This document shows positions 31,679 to 39,679 of a stretch of DNA of 64,000 nt, piece after piece. The notes beneath the pieces are model-generated. The model was given only the letters and a program-made list of their open reading frames with translations. It searched no databases and was not told the origin of the DNA. The DNA lies in the NCBI GenBank assembly GCA_963664325.2, contig CAXXDQ010000008.1, positions 160,001 through 224,000 of the forward strand. Reading direction: 5' to 3'. Within the stretch, counting starts at the first letter, position 1. The number at the start of each line of letters is the position of its first letter. The translations under genes were made by a program, and so were the position numbers. The stretch is from Desulfomonilia bacterium (GTDB lineage Bacteria; Desulfobacterota; Desulfomonilia; UBA1062).

Positions 31679-34306
31679 CTATTCTTCCAGGCCGTCGTCT
31701 ACGACAGAGGCAGTAACTTTCTTCGGCTGGATTTTTCTGTAGACATCTTTTGCAGGCTTTTTCTTGCCATCAACGGTCAAGAGCCTTTCGATGCTGATAT
31801 CGAACAGGCTTTCGTTTTCCTTGAGATAAGCTTCGATAAGCTTCCAGTCGGCATCGGTGATCTTCGCGAATTCGCCGCCGTTGAGCTGCTCATCGACGAG
31901 TTTCTTGTGGGGGTCCCTCACATAGATCGCGCCGCCGGATGCGAGCGAAAAGATGTTGGAACCGGGATACGGCGAATCGTATTCCCTGATTGAGCCGTTG
32001 TCATCGTCAAAGCCGATGCCGTTCAGGATCACGAACCCGCCGCCGTTCAGCGGATCGCCTGCCATGAAAGATTCGGCCAGGTAGTCGAGGGCTGTTCCGT
32101 TGATCACGACCCTGGGCTTGCCGACGGCGTTGATAAGTGGACGGCCCGCCGCATTGCCCATGATGTAGGCGGCTCCGCCCTTTGCGCCGTACATGAATGT
32201 CTGGCCGACATCACCATAGACCACAAGCTTGCCTTCTTTCATTATCTGGCAGAGCTGGTCCTGGGCGTTGCCATGCACATGGATTTCCATCCCGTCGATG
32301 CCGGAAGCCAGATAGTCGCCCGATGAGCCGTAGACGTCTATCCGGACATCTTTTGTAGCCGGGCCGAGTCCGCAGCCTGTGAACCTCTGTCCCCGGTATT
32401 TATATACGATGAAGCGCTTCCAGCCGAGTTTGTTGGCCCTGGCGATCATGACGGCATCGCAGTTATCGCCTTCGGGTTCAAATTGTTCGGCATTGATTAC
32501 CAGCGTTTTTTCCATTTTACCCGGTGCCCTGAGCTTCTCTCGGGTGGAGAAATCAACCAGGGTGAATGCCGAGGCGGGTTTTTCATTGATCTTTCGCGTT
32601 GATGAAAAAATTTCATCCAGGTTTATTTTGATCACATGCTGCACCGAGCTTCTTTTAATGGCCCCGGTGTTGTAGCGGATATCATTCAAAAGAGTCAGGG
32701 CCGAGATTGCCGTCTGCTTGAACCCGTCATCCGTTAACGCCATGCCTTTGATGGTCTCCACGGCATACATCAGGCTGTTGGCATCGAATCCAGGAATGCC
32801 GTCCCTTATGTACTCGAATATCTTCCGTGCGGCGATTGCACCGTCCTTTTCGGCAGACAGGGCTTTCAGCTGTTTTTCAATTTTCCTGCATTCGCCTGTT
32901 TCTTCAATCTTCAAAGAGATGTCGCAAGCCGTTTTGTCCTTAGGGATGATGATTTCCTTGCCGAACTTGTCGGTGCAGACTAACCTTTTATTTTCCGACC
33001 CGTCGTCCGCGTCCTTGAGGCTGAATATAAACGAACCGCCGTCCGTATAGCTGCCGCCCCTCGCGTTCCAGTACTTGTCCGCAATCGGCTTGAAGCGGGG
33101 GTCTTCCCTTTCAAGGGAAATCAGTGTCGCATCGATGGCCTGTTTTTCCGAACAGATGAGGCCGATCTGCACCTCTCCATCCTGCAGCGCGAAAACCTGC
33201 GGACGGAGCATGGCAGTATCGGTAATGCCGATGAGCTGGAACTGCCTGTTCCTCACGTCATTCCTGGCGATGATAAAGAACCACGGACCGTCGGGCGATG
33301 CATTGACGTGATGCGTCTGTATGGCCTTGTAGAGTTCCTGTTTATCCGGGGGCAGCATGTCGAAATCCATCTCGGAAGTTGGGGCCATGGCCTCGATCAG
33401 GTATTCGAGAGGGTACTTGTACACGCGGCTCCACAGGTCGAGGAGCAGCGCCGCTTCCTCGGTGTCCGTCAGGAACAGCGGAAAATAGTTTCTCTGCTTG
33501 AGGTATTCATAAACCGACTGGTAGTTTGCGAAGTCCCCGTTATGCACCAGGGCTTCGTTAAGCGCGCTGAACGGATGGCAGCCGCCAGGATGCCATACGC
33601 GGCCCCGTGTCGGGTAGCGCTGGTGGGCAAGCCAGGCATGGGCTTTGAAGTCATCCAGTTTGTAATACCTGACGACGCTCTCGGCATAGCCGACTATTTT
33701 CAGGATCATCATGTTCCTGCCGTGGGACATTACAAATGCCTTTTTCTCGCCGAGAGAGGCGTAGTACCTGGTGTTTATCCTGAAGCTGTTCTGATAGACG
33801 AATTCGTCTTCGGCATCGCGCCTGTCGAGAGATTTAAAGCCGTTGTCCTTGATGTATTTGTCCAGCACGTCATCTTTGACGCGGACGAAATAGCGCATTA
33901 TATCAGGCGGCCTCACTTCCAGGCCTATGCTTTTATGGTCCTTGAGCGTGTCAAGCTTTTGAGCCTTGTCTATTTTGAAAAACGGCTTGATGAAGTCGTT
34001 TTCAATCTCCTGGGCGACGCTGCTGTCCAGCAGGGCGATATGCAGCATGTAGTCGTCATCCAGGACCTGCCTGGATACGCCCAGGGCCTTGGGTACAAAG
34101 CCTACGGCGCCTATGCCGCCGCCTTTTCCGTTGCCCCTGTTGTGCATCTGCACGGACGGTTCGAAGATGTTTTTCCCGGTGACGGGAATGGAGCTGATGA
34201 ATCCCGTGACACCGCATCCGCCTTCTTCTTCGGTATTCGGGGCGAGTTTCGGAACTTCCCTGCAAATCCCTGTTCGCGACTGTAATATTTTTTCTGCGTT
34301 ATCCAT
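31679..34306 (-). CDS. Split glutamate synthase subunit: glutamine amidotransferase plus GXGXG domains (GltB1+GltB3 fusion)
   Basis: EEEGGCGV (Ntn Cys), MHNRGNG.GGG, HQRYPT, HPF, HNGD, TDTE, DGP; GXGXG repeats (GDYLASG, GQTFMYGAKGG, GNAAGR). Start set at the ATG after SD GGAG. Confidence 0.88.
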   Translation of the reverse strand: MDNAEKILQSRTGICREVPKLAPNTEEEGGCGVTGFISSIPVTGKNIFEPSVQMHNRGNGKGGGIGAVGFVPKALGVSRQVLDDDYMLHIALLDSSVAQEIENDFIKPFFKIDKAQKLDTLKDHKSIGLEVRPPDIMRYFVRVKDDVLDKYIKDNGFKSLDRRDAEDEFVYQNSFRINTRYYASLGEKKAFVMSHGRNMMILKIVGYAESVVRYYKLDDFKAHAWLAHQRYPTRGRVWHPGGCHPFSALNEALVHNGDFANYQSVYEYLKQRNYFPLFLTDTEEAALLLDLWSRVYKYPLEYLIEAMAPTSEMDFDMLPPDKQELYKAIQTHHVNASPDGPWFFIIARNDVRNRQFQLIGITDTAMLRPQVFALQDGEVQIGLICSEKQAIDATLISLEREDPRFKPIADKYWNARGGSYTDGGSFIFSLKDADDGSENKRLVCTDKFGKEIIIPKDKTACDISLKIEETGECRKIEKQLKALSAEKDGAIAARKIFEYIRDGIPGFDANSLMYAVETIKGMALTDDGFKQTAISALTLLNDIRYNTGAIKRSSVQHVIKINLDEIFSSTRKINEKPASAFTLVDFSTREKLRAPGKMEKTLVINAEQFEPEGDNCDAVMIARANKLGWKRFIVYKYRGQRFTGCGLGPATKDVRIDVYGSSGDYLASGIDGMEIHVHGNAQDQLCQIMKEGKLVVYGDVGQTFMYGAKGGAAYIMGNAAGRPLINAVGKPRVVINGTALDYLAESFMAGDPLNGGGFVILNGIGFDDDNGSIREYDSPYPGSNIFSLASGGAIYVRDPHKKLVDEQLNGGEFAKITDADWKLIEAYLKENESLFDISIERLLTVDGKKKPAKDVYRKIQPKKVTASVVDDGLEE

Positions 34307-34323
34307 TATATGCATACTCCACT

Positions 34324-35805
34324 TTATTTGCTGTAGTCCAGATGCTCGAGCAGGTCGGTGCGGCCGACCAGTTCGCCGACGCTCTTCATGCCGAATCCCC
34401 TGAGGATGTCGACGAGCTGTTCGTTCCAGGCGTTGTACATGTTGGTAAGGCGCTGTGTCGCCCATTCCTCGTCGAAGAGATCTGCCAGTTCGGAATCCGT
34501 AGAGGCTATGCCACGGGCGCAGCCGCGTCCCGATTCGCAGTTGCCGCAGCGCACGCATTCGAGGGAAACCAGTTCCGCCGTGCCGATGACAGCGCCGTCA
34601 GCCCCAAGGCAGATGGCCTTGGCCAGGTCGTGGGCCGTCCTTATGCCGCCCGAGGCGATCAGCGTCATTGCATCCCTGGCGCCTTCATCCTTCAGGAAAT
34701 TATGGACCTTTGTAATGGCGTACTCGATGGGCATGGCTATATTCTTTTTTGCAATGTCCGGGGCCGCGCCGGTGCCGCCGTACCCGCCGTCGATGTGAAT
34801 GATGTGGGCTCCGGCATAGTATGAGCCGACCGCAACCATGTCCACATCGTTAGGCGTCGAAACCTTGACCGAAACAAGGGCATTCGGGTTCATCTCCTTG
34901 ATCCAGTCGATGTGCTTCTTGTGGTCTTCGATTGAATATACGGAATGGAAGGGGAAAGGCGAGAACAGTGATGTGCCCTGGACGGCCTCACGCATTCTGG
35001 CCACGCTGGCCGTATTCTTTTCTCCGAGCAGATGTCCGCCGAGGCCGGGCTTCGCACCCTGTGCATATTTGAACTCGATAATCTTTACGCGTTGGATCGT
35101 CTCCTCTCGCACGCCGAACAACCCGGTCGCAACCTGGGTGATCACATGGTCGTCATAAGGGTGAAGTATTTCCGGATAGCCTCCTTCGCCTGTACAGGTA
35201 AAGGTGTTCCAGATGGTTGCGTTTCTCGCCTTCGATACCATTGTGGGGAGGCTTACGGAGCCGAACGACATCCCGCCTCCGTAAACGGGAGTTGAGATGA
35301 CTATATCGGCCCTGCCGTCGTTTCTGCGGTTCAGCTTTATGGCCGTTGATATCTCATGCCTGTCAACATCAGGGGGGTCGGAGGGGAATTTGAGGCGCAA
35401 CTTGTCAAAGCCGCCTCCCGAATTTCCCACATTGTATTCAAGGTCATTGCGGTCGGGGGGATAGCCGGTTTCGGCCATAATCCATGTCGCGGTGATTATA
35501 TCCGCTGTCCAGCGGTAGTCTCCGAGTGTTTCATACATGGGATTCAGTGAGAGGCTCAAAGCCTTGCGCGGACATTTTGCTATGCAGCAGAATTTCCTTT
35601 CCTGGCATTCGAAGCCGATACACCTGTAGTCAATCGGGGGCTTTACCTTGTTGTGGCCTTCGATCCTTTCATGGACGCCGAAAGGACAGGTATTGGCGCA
35701 TGTACCGCAGTTGATGCAGGCGTCGGACCTAGTGACCTTATACTTGGGGACATGGTGTTTGAACCTTGAAGGAGTTTCCTTGATTCTGACAGTCGATGGT
35801 TTCAT
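34324..35805 (-). CDS. Split glutamate synthase FMN/3Fe-4S subunit with N-terminal ferredoxin (GltB2)
   Basis: CINCGTC...CP; GMSFGS, TGEGG, QVATGLFGV, EFKYAQGAKPGLGGHL, SPFPFH, SVK, DG..GGTGAA, SGGIR, CVRCGNCESGRGC..GIA. Confidence 0.92.
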   Translation of the reverse strand: MKPSTVRIKETPSRFKHHVPKYKVTRSDACINCGTCANTCPFGVHERIEGHNKVKPPIDYRCIGFECQERKFCCIAKCPRKALSLSLNPMYETLGDYRWTADIITATWIMAETGYPPDRNDLEYNVGNSGGGFDKLRLKFPSDPPDVDRHEISTAIKLNRRNDGRADIVISTPVYGGGMSFGSVSLPTMVSKARNATIWNTFTCTGEGGYPEILHPYDDHVITQVATGLFGVREETIQRVKIIEFKYAQGAKPGLGGHLLGEKNTASVARMREAVQGTSLFSPFPFHSVYSIEDHKKHIDWIKEMNPNALVSVKVSTPNDVDMVAVGSYYAGAHIIHIDGGYGGTGAAPDIAKKNIAMPIEYAITKVHNFLKDEGARDAMTLIASGGIRTAHDLAKAICLGADGAVIGTAELVSLECVRCGNCESGRGCARGIASTDSELADLFDEEWATQRLTNMYNAWNEQLVDILRGFGMKSVGELVGRTDLLEHLDYSK

Positions 35806-37211
35806 AAGTTCACCGCTTCTTTTTTCTTGAACAGTTTCCCGAAGGTTTCATTGTCGATATCTTCGAAGAATATGGCCCTGCCGGTCTCGCCTCTGAGACG
35901 GCGGGCCTCCCTGATACCCATGGCGCCCATCATCTCGAGAATCTGCGAATGCCAGGCGCCCATAAGATTGACGATTCTCTGTTTTATAACCCTGGCAGAG
36001 ACCTTGTGCAGTCCGGCCGGAAGAACGAGAGGCTTTTCTGAATCCTCATACAGCCTTGCGCCCAGGGCGATGAAGAGGGGAATGTTTATCGCCGTCAGGT
36101 CAGTGCCGCAGATCATGGCCTTTGGCACATGTTCCGCCATGCCTATTCCGCCTGAGGCCATAATGCTTATCTCATCGCGGATTTTCTCTTCCACCAGCCT
36201 TAAGTGAACTGCGCGTATGATATCCTTTATCAGCCGGGGTTTCGAACCCGGTGCGGGATGAACCTCCCTGCCGCGATAGTCCGCAACAATATGGATAATT
36301 TCGGCACCGATATGCGCAAGGCCGGATACGACCGCTTCAACATTATCGGATGCCGGTACGCGGATAATTGTAAGGGCATTGCAGATTTTCCTGATCTTGT
36401 CTTTGACTGATGTAAAACCGGAAAGCATTTTTTCGGTATAGTCTATTTCAACGATCCTCGCTTTTTTCAGGATGGCCTTGTTCGCTTCGATTTGGCCGGC
36501 GGATACAAGCGGGATGATGTTATCGGCATATTTATCGAATTCATCCGTGATATCTTCTGCCGGCATGATGATGCAGGTTCCTATTTCCGAAGCTGCCTTG
36601 ACTATTGAAAGCTTTACGTGGGGATGAAGGTTTTCCGGCAATATGTCAAACACGATCGGGATCGGCAGCGCCAGGGTATCATGAATTTTTGAAAGCAGCC
36701 TTCCTTTGCCGTCAAAGCTGAGATGGTTGAGCTTCCTGCCCAGTTCAACTGCTGTGCTGATATATTCGCGCCCGTGTATGCCGTCCCTTGTGGGCCGTAC
36801 GATCTCGGACATGTCCGTCCACATGCTGTCGAAGCCCTCTCCGGTGAACGGCCCGCGGTAACCTGCACCGGTGACCGGGACCTTGCCATCCTCGGCCTGC
36901 TTCCAGAGGGTTATGAACATATCCGGCTTCCAGAAAGCACCCCCGGTTTTATGATAATCATCCTGTATGGATTTTACCAGTGCGCCGCGCGGGCACTCCT
37001 GGATGCATCTGAAACAGTTTCTGCATACGGAGGTGTGCGGGTCCGCCATTTGACGGGGGTCGTCTTTGCGGCGCTTGTGCGCTTCGTAGATGCACACCTT
37101 GGTGCACTTTCCGCAGTTGATGCAGTTCTCGCCGCGGGTTATGTTGAACTTGAACATATACTCAAGCTCAAGAGGGGTTGCTTTGGTATGAATGTGATAC
37201 TTTTTTGGCAT
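35802..37211 (-). CDS. Degenerate GltB2 paralog with a 2x[4Fe-4S] ferredoxin domain
   Basis: CINCGKC...C and CRNCFRCIQECP; GFDSMWTDMSEIVRPTRDG; RDEI...ASGGI..AEH..KA. The TGEGG, QGAKPG and 3Fe-4S Cys motifs are absent. Confidence 0.8.
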   Translation of the reverse strand: MPKKYHIHTKATPLELEYMFKFNITRGENCINCGKCTKVCIYEAHKRRKDDPRQMADPHTSVCRNCFRCIQECPRGALVKSIQDDYHKTGGAFWKPDMFITLWKQAEDGKVPVTGAGYRGPFTGEGFDSMWTDMSEIVRPTRDGIHGREYISTAVELGRKLNHLSFDGKGRLLSKIHDTLALPIPIVFDILPENLHPHVKLSIVKAASEIGTCIIMPAEDITDEFDKYADNIIPLVSAGQIEANKAILKKARIVEIDYTEKMLSGFTSVKDKIRKICNALTIIRVPASDNVEAVVSGLAHIGAEIIHIVADYRGREVHPAPGSKPRLIKDIIRAVHLRLVEEKIRDEISIMASGGIGMAEHVPKAMICGTDLTAINIPLFIALGARLYEDSEKPLVLPAGLHKVSARVIKQRIVNLMGAWHSQILEMMGAMGIREARRLRGETGRAIFFEDIDNETFGKLFKKKEAVNL

Positions 37212-37375
37212 GATCGTTATCCTTTAATAATAGTGGTGAGTGGCGAAGGATGAGTTAAAAACCGATATGGGACAGGATTGTTATAGAAATCCATCAATAA
37301 GGCATCATATTTTTTCGCGTTTTCTATTTTCATTTAACCCGCCGTATTTGCCTCACTGCCCGATACCAGTCTGAA

Positions 37376-39223
37376 TCAACTGTTCCTTTCCACCATATCC
37401 CAGTAATCCGTGCTTTCGTCGACTTTTTTAAGGAACCCGGCTATCTGTTCTTCGGGCCTGCCGAATTTAAATTCAATGCGCTTTTCAAGCGCTTCCCATA
37501 GTGCCATCAACTCGAGATTGGTCTGGCAGATATCTTCACATGCCTTGCATTTCATGCACATGAATGCCTTGGCGGCCTCTTCCGGAGTAACTTCTTTCCC
37601 GTCAGAGAGCTTCATGGCCAGTGCAATTTTACCTTTTGCAGTGAGGGCTTCGTCCCTGGTGACCAGGTATGCCGGGCATACGGCGATGCAGTTTCCGCAC
37701 TTTGCGCAGGCATGAGTGCTGAGCTCGAGATCAAGTTTGTCAACTTTCATGTTTCTGCCAAAAATCATTATGATGGCCTTGCCGATAATCGGCGAGAAAA
37801 TGGACAGAAGGCTCATGGATATGTTGAAGAACACAGGGTGGAAGAGGCCGGAGGTGATTAAATTTGAATCGATGCTGAAGAATTTGCCCGGATTCAGGAT
37901 ATTCTCGGGGTCGACCCTGTGCTTATATTCCCTCAGGTCGGACTGTTCCTGCCTGCTGAAGAGATAATTGATGAAAGAGGCATTCCAGAGTCCCAGTCCG
38001 TAAGGACGGGCTCCCAGACTTACGGCGGCCTTAGTCAGCAGTGAAACAAGAGGCATGCTGATGAAATATTTCTTGCTTCTTGAATCGCACAGGAATGTGG
38101 ACATGATCAGGGCGGAATGCTTGTCGATGATGTATGAGTCGATGCAGACCTCAACCCCGAAATCGTTGCCGAGCTTTTTCGCTTTCATGGTGAATGCCGC
38201 TGCAGACTTTATCGGCATGATGATTTCGCTGGCGAGTATGGTGGGTCCGAGGCGTTTTGTCTTCATTCCGAACAGGCGTTCATTCCACAGGTAGTTGGCC
38301 ACATAGCTGGGAGCCTCTTCGATACTGGCATTTAATGCCATGAATTTGGAAAAGACCTCGTCGTCCTCGGCGCTTCCGAATTCTATCAGGACGCCCGCCG
38401 TCTTCCTGAAAATGACTGCGTGCACCATCTCATTTATATCGCCAAGGTGGTTTTCATCAACGAAGCGAATAACGTTGGGATTCAAATTCTGAGACTCCAT
38501 GGTGTTTATGAATTCCCTGATAAACGTGAAAGCGTCCTTATCGCCTTTGAAATAGAGAAGGTGGGGATATGTCGCCTGGGGGACGTCACGCAGTTTGATT
38601 GTTGCCTCTGCAATGATGCCGAATTCTCCCTCCGTGGATATGAAATACTTGAAATCTTTGTCGGCAGGGGTCAGCTTTAAAATTTCTCCTTTGCCGGTAA
38701 TTACGGTCATGGACACTATTTGCTTTGATATATGGCCGTACCTGAAGCTGTTGATGCCGTACCCTCCCGTTGATATCCATCCTGCAACCGTAGAGAATTT
38801 GCTCGAAGGGTATGACATCAGACAAAGGCCTTCCTTTTTTGCGGCGATATCGATATCGCTCCATCTGGCGCCGGCTTCGACGGTTACAGTCTTGTCTTTC
38901 GTGTTGAGTTCCAGGATTTTTCTGAAGGGGGAAAGGTCAACAACTATACCTGCTTTTGTCGGGATAACGCCGCCGAATCCCCAGGATGCAGCACCTCTGG
39001 CTATTACAGGAATTTTTTTGTCATTTGCGAATCTGAGGACCTTCTGGATCTCTTCCTGAGTTTTGGGCTGTACGACAAAAGTGGGCATTGTCTTGAAAAA
39101 TGATTTTATCATGATAGGGGGTACATCGCCGATATCATGACTGTACATCTCCAATTCTTCAGCTTTGTCTAATACCCTGATATCGCTTTCAATCCGTCTG
39201 AATTCTTCTGCCAATGTCTTCAT
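37376..39223 (-). CDS. FAD-binding oxidoreductase (GlcD/VAO fold) with C-terminal 2x[4Fe-4S]
   Basis: ARGAASWGFGG, YPSS..STVAGW...GG.G, EGEFGII, K..VDP.NILNPGK, CAKCGNC...CP, CMKCKAC...C. Confidence 0.85.
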   Translation of the reverse strand: MKTLAEEFRRIESDIRVLDKAEELEMYSHDIGDVPPIMIKSFFKTMPTFVVQPKTQEEIQKVLRFANDKKIPVIARGAASWGFGGVIPTKAGIVVDLSPFRKILELNTKDKTVTVEAGARWSDIDIAAKKEGLCLMSYPSSKFSTVAGWISTGGYGINSFRYGHISKQIVSMTVITGKGEILKLTPADKDFKYFISTEGEFGIIAEATIKLRDVPQATYPHLLYFKGDKDAFTFIREFINTMESQNLNPNVIRFVDENHLGDINEMVHAVIFRKTAGVLIEFGSAEDDEVFSKFMALNASIEEAPSYVANYLWNERLFGMKTKRLGPTILASEIIMPIKSAAAFTMKAKKLGNDFGVEVCIDSYIIDKHSALIMSTFLCDSRSKKYFISMPLVSLLTKAAVSLGARPYGLGLWNASFINYLFSRQEQSDLREYKHRVDPENILNPGKFFSIDSNLITSGLFHPVFFNISMSLLSIFSPIIGKAIIMIFGRNMKVDKLDLELSTHACAKCGNCIAVCPAYLVTRDEALTAKGKIALAMKLSDGKEVTPEEAAKAFMCMKCKACEDICQTNLELMALWEALEKRIEFKFGRPEEQIAGFLKKVDESTDYWDMVERNS

Positions 39224-39314
39224 AATTTTCAGTTCTCTTTCAATCGCTTTGGTTTCATGGCTATAATACCATTTGTTTTAATATTCTATATAAGCAAAAC
39301 ATTCAATTTTATTG

Positions 39315-39330
39315 AGCAAGATATATGCCA
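39315..39330 (-). promoter_or_regulatory. Sigma-54 promoter of the glutamate synthase operon
   Basis: Minus strand TGGCATATATCTTGCT. Confidence 0.85.
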
Positions 39331-39461
39331 GAGAAGATTACTAATATATAACGGCATCCTGTTATATGTATGCCTTTGGATCAGGGCTGCAATATGAAGT
39401 CAAGCCCGTATTCAATGCAGGTTTAAGATCTGAAATACATAAATGAACCATCATAATTAAT

Positions 39462-39495
39462 GAAACAATATTGTGGTAAAGTACAATAATGTTTC
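39462..39495. promoter_or_regulatory. Tandem candidate enhancer sites
   Basis: GAAACAATATTGTGG and GTACAATAATGTTTC (ACA-N4-TGT at 39465 and 39483). Confidence 0.6.
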
Positions 39496-39679
39496 ATAGC
39501 TTTCCGCTTGTATGACAGTTAAGAATAATCAGAAGAACAGCTGCCATATAATTATATAATAAACCGCTTCAGGCATTCAGCAAACATTTTAATCTTGCCG
39601 CCTGCCGCCAAACACATCTGATGGGCTTTATGGTATATTTATTGTATTATAATTATCAATTAATGCAAGAGGTGGACAG

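Noticed and set aside
33308-34285. 325 aa plus-strand ORF
   Set aside because: Antisense shadow of the glutamate synthase amidotransferase gene; no recognisable motifs.
34307-34558. N-terminal extension of the 959 aa ORF
   Set aside because: Overlaps the GltB2 gene; an SD supports the start at 34306.
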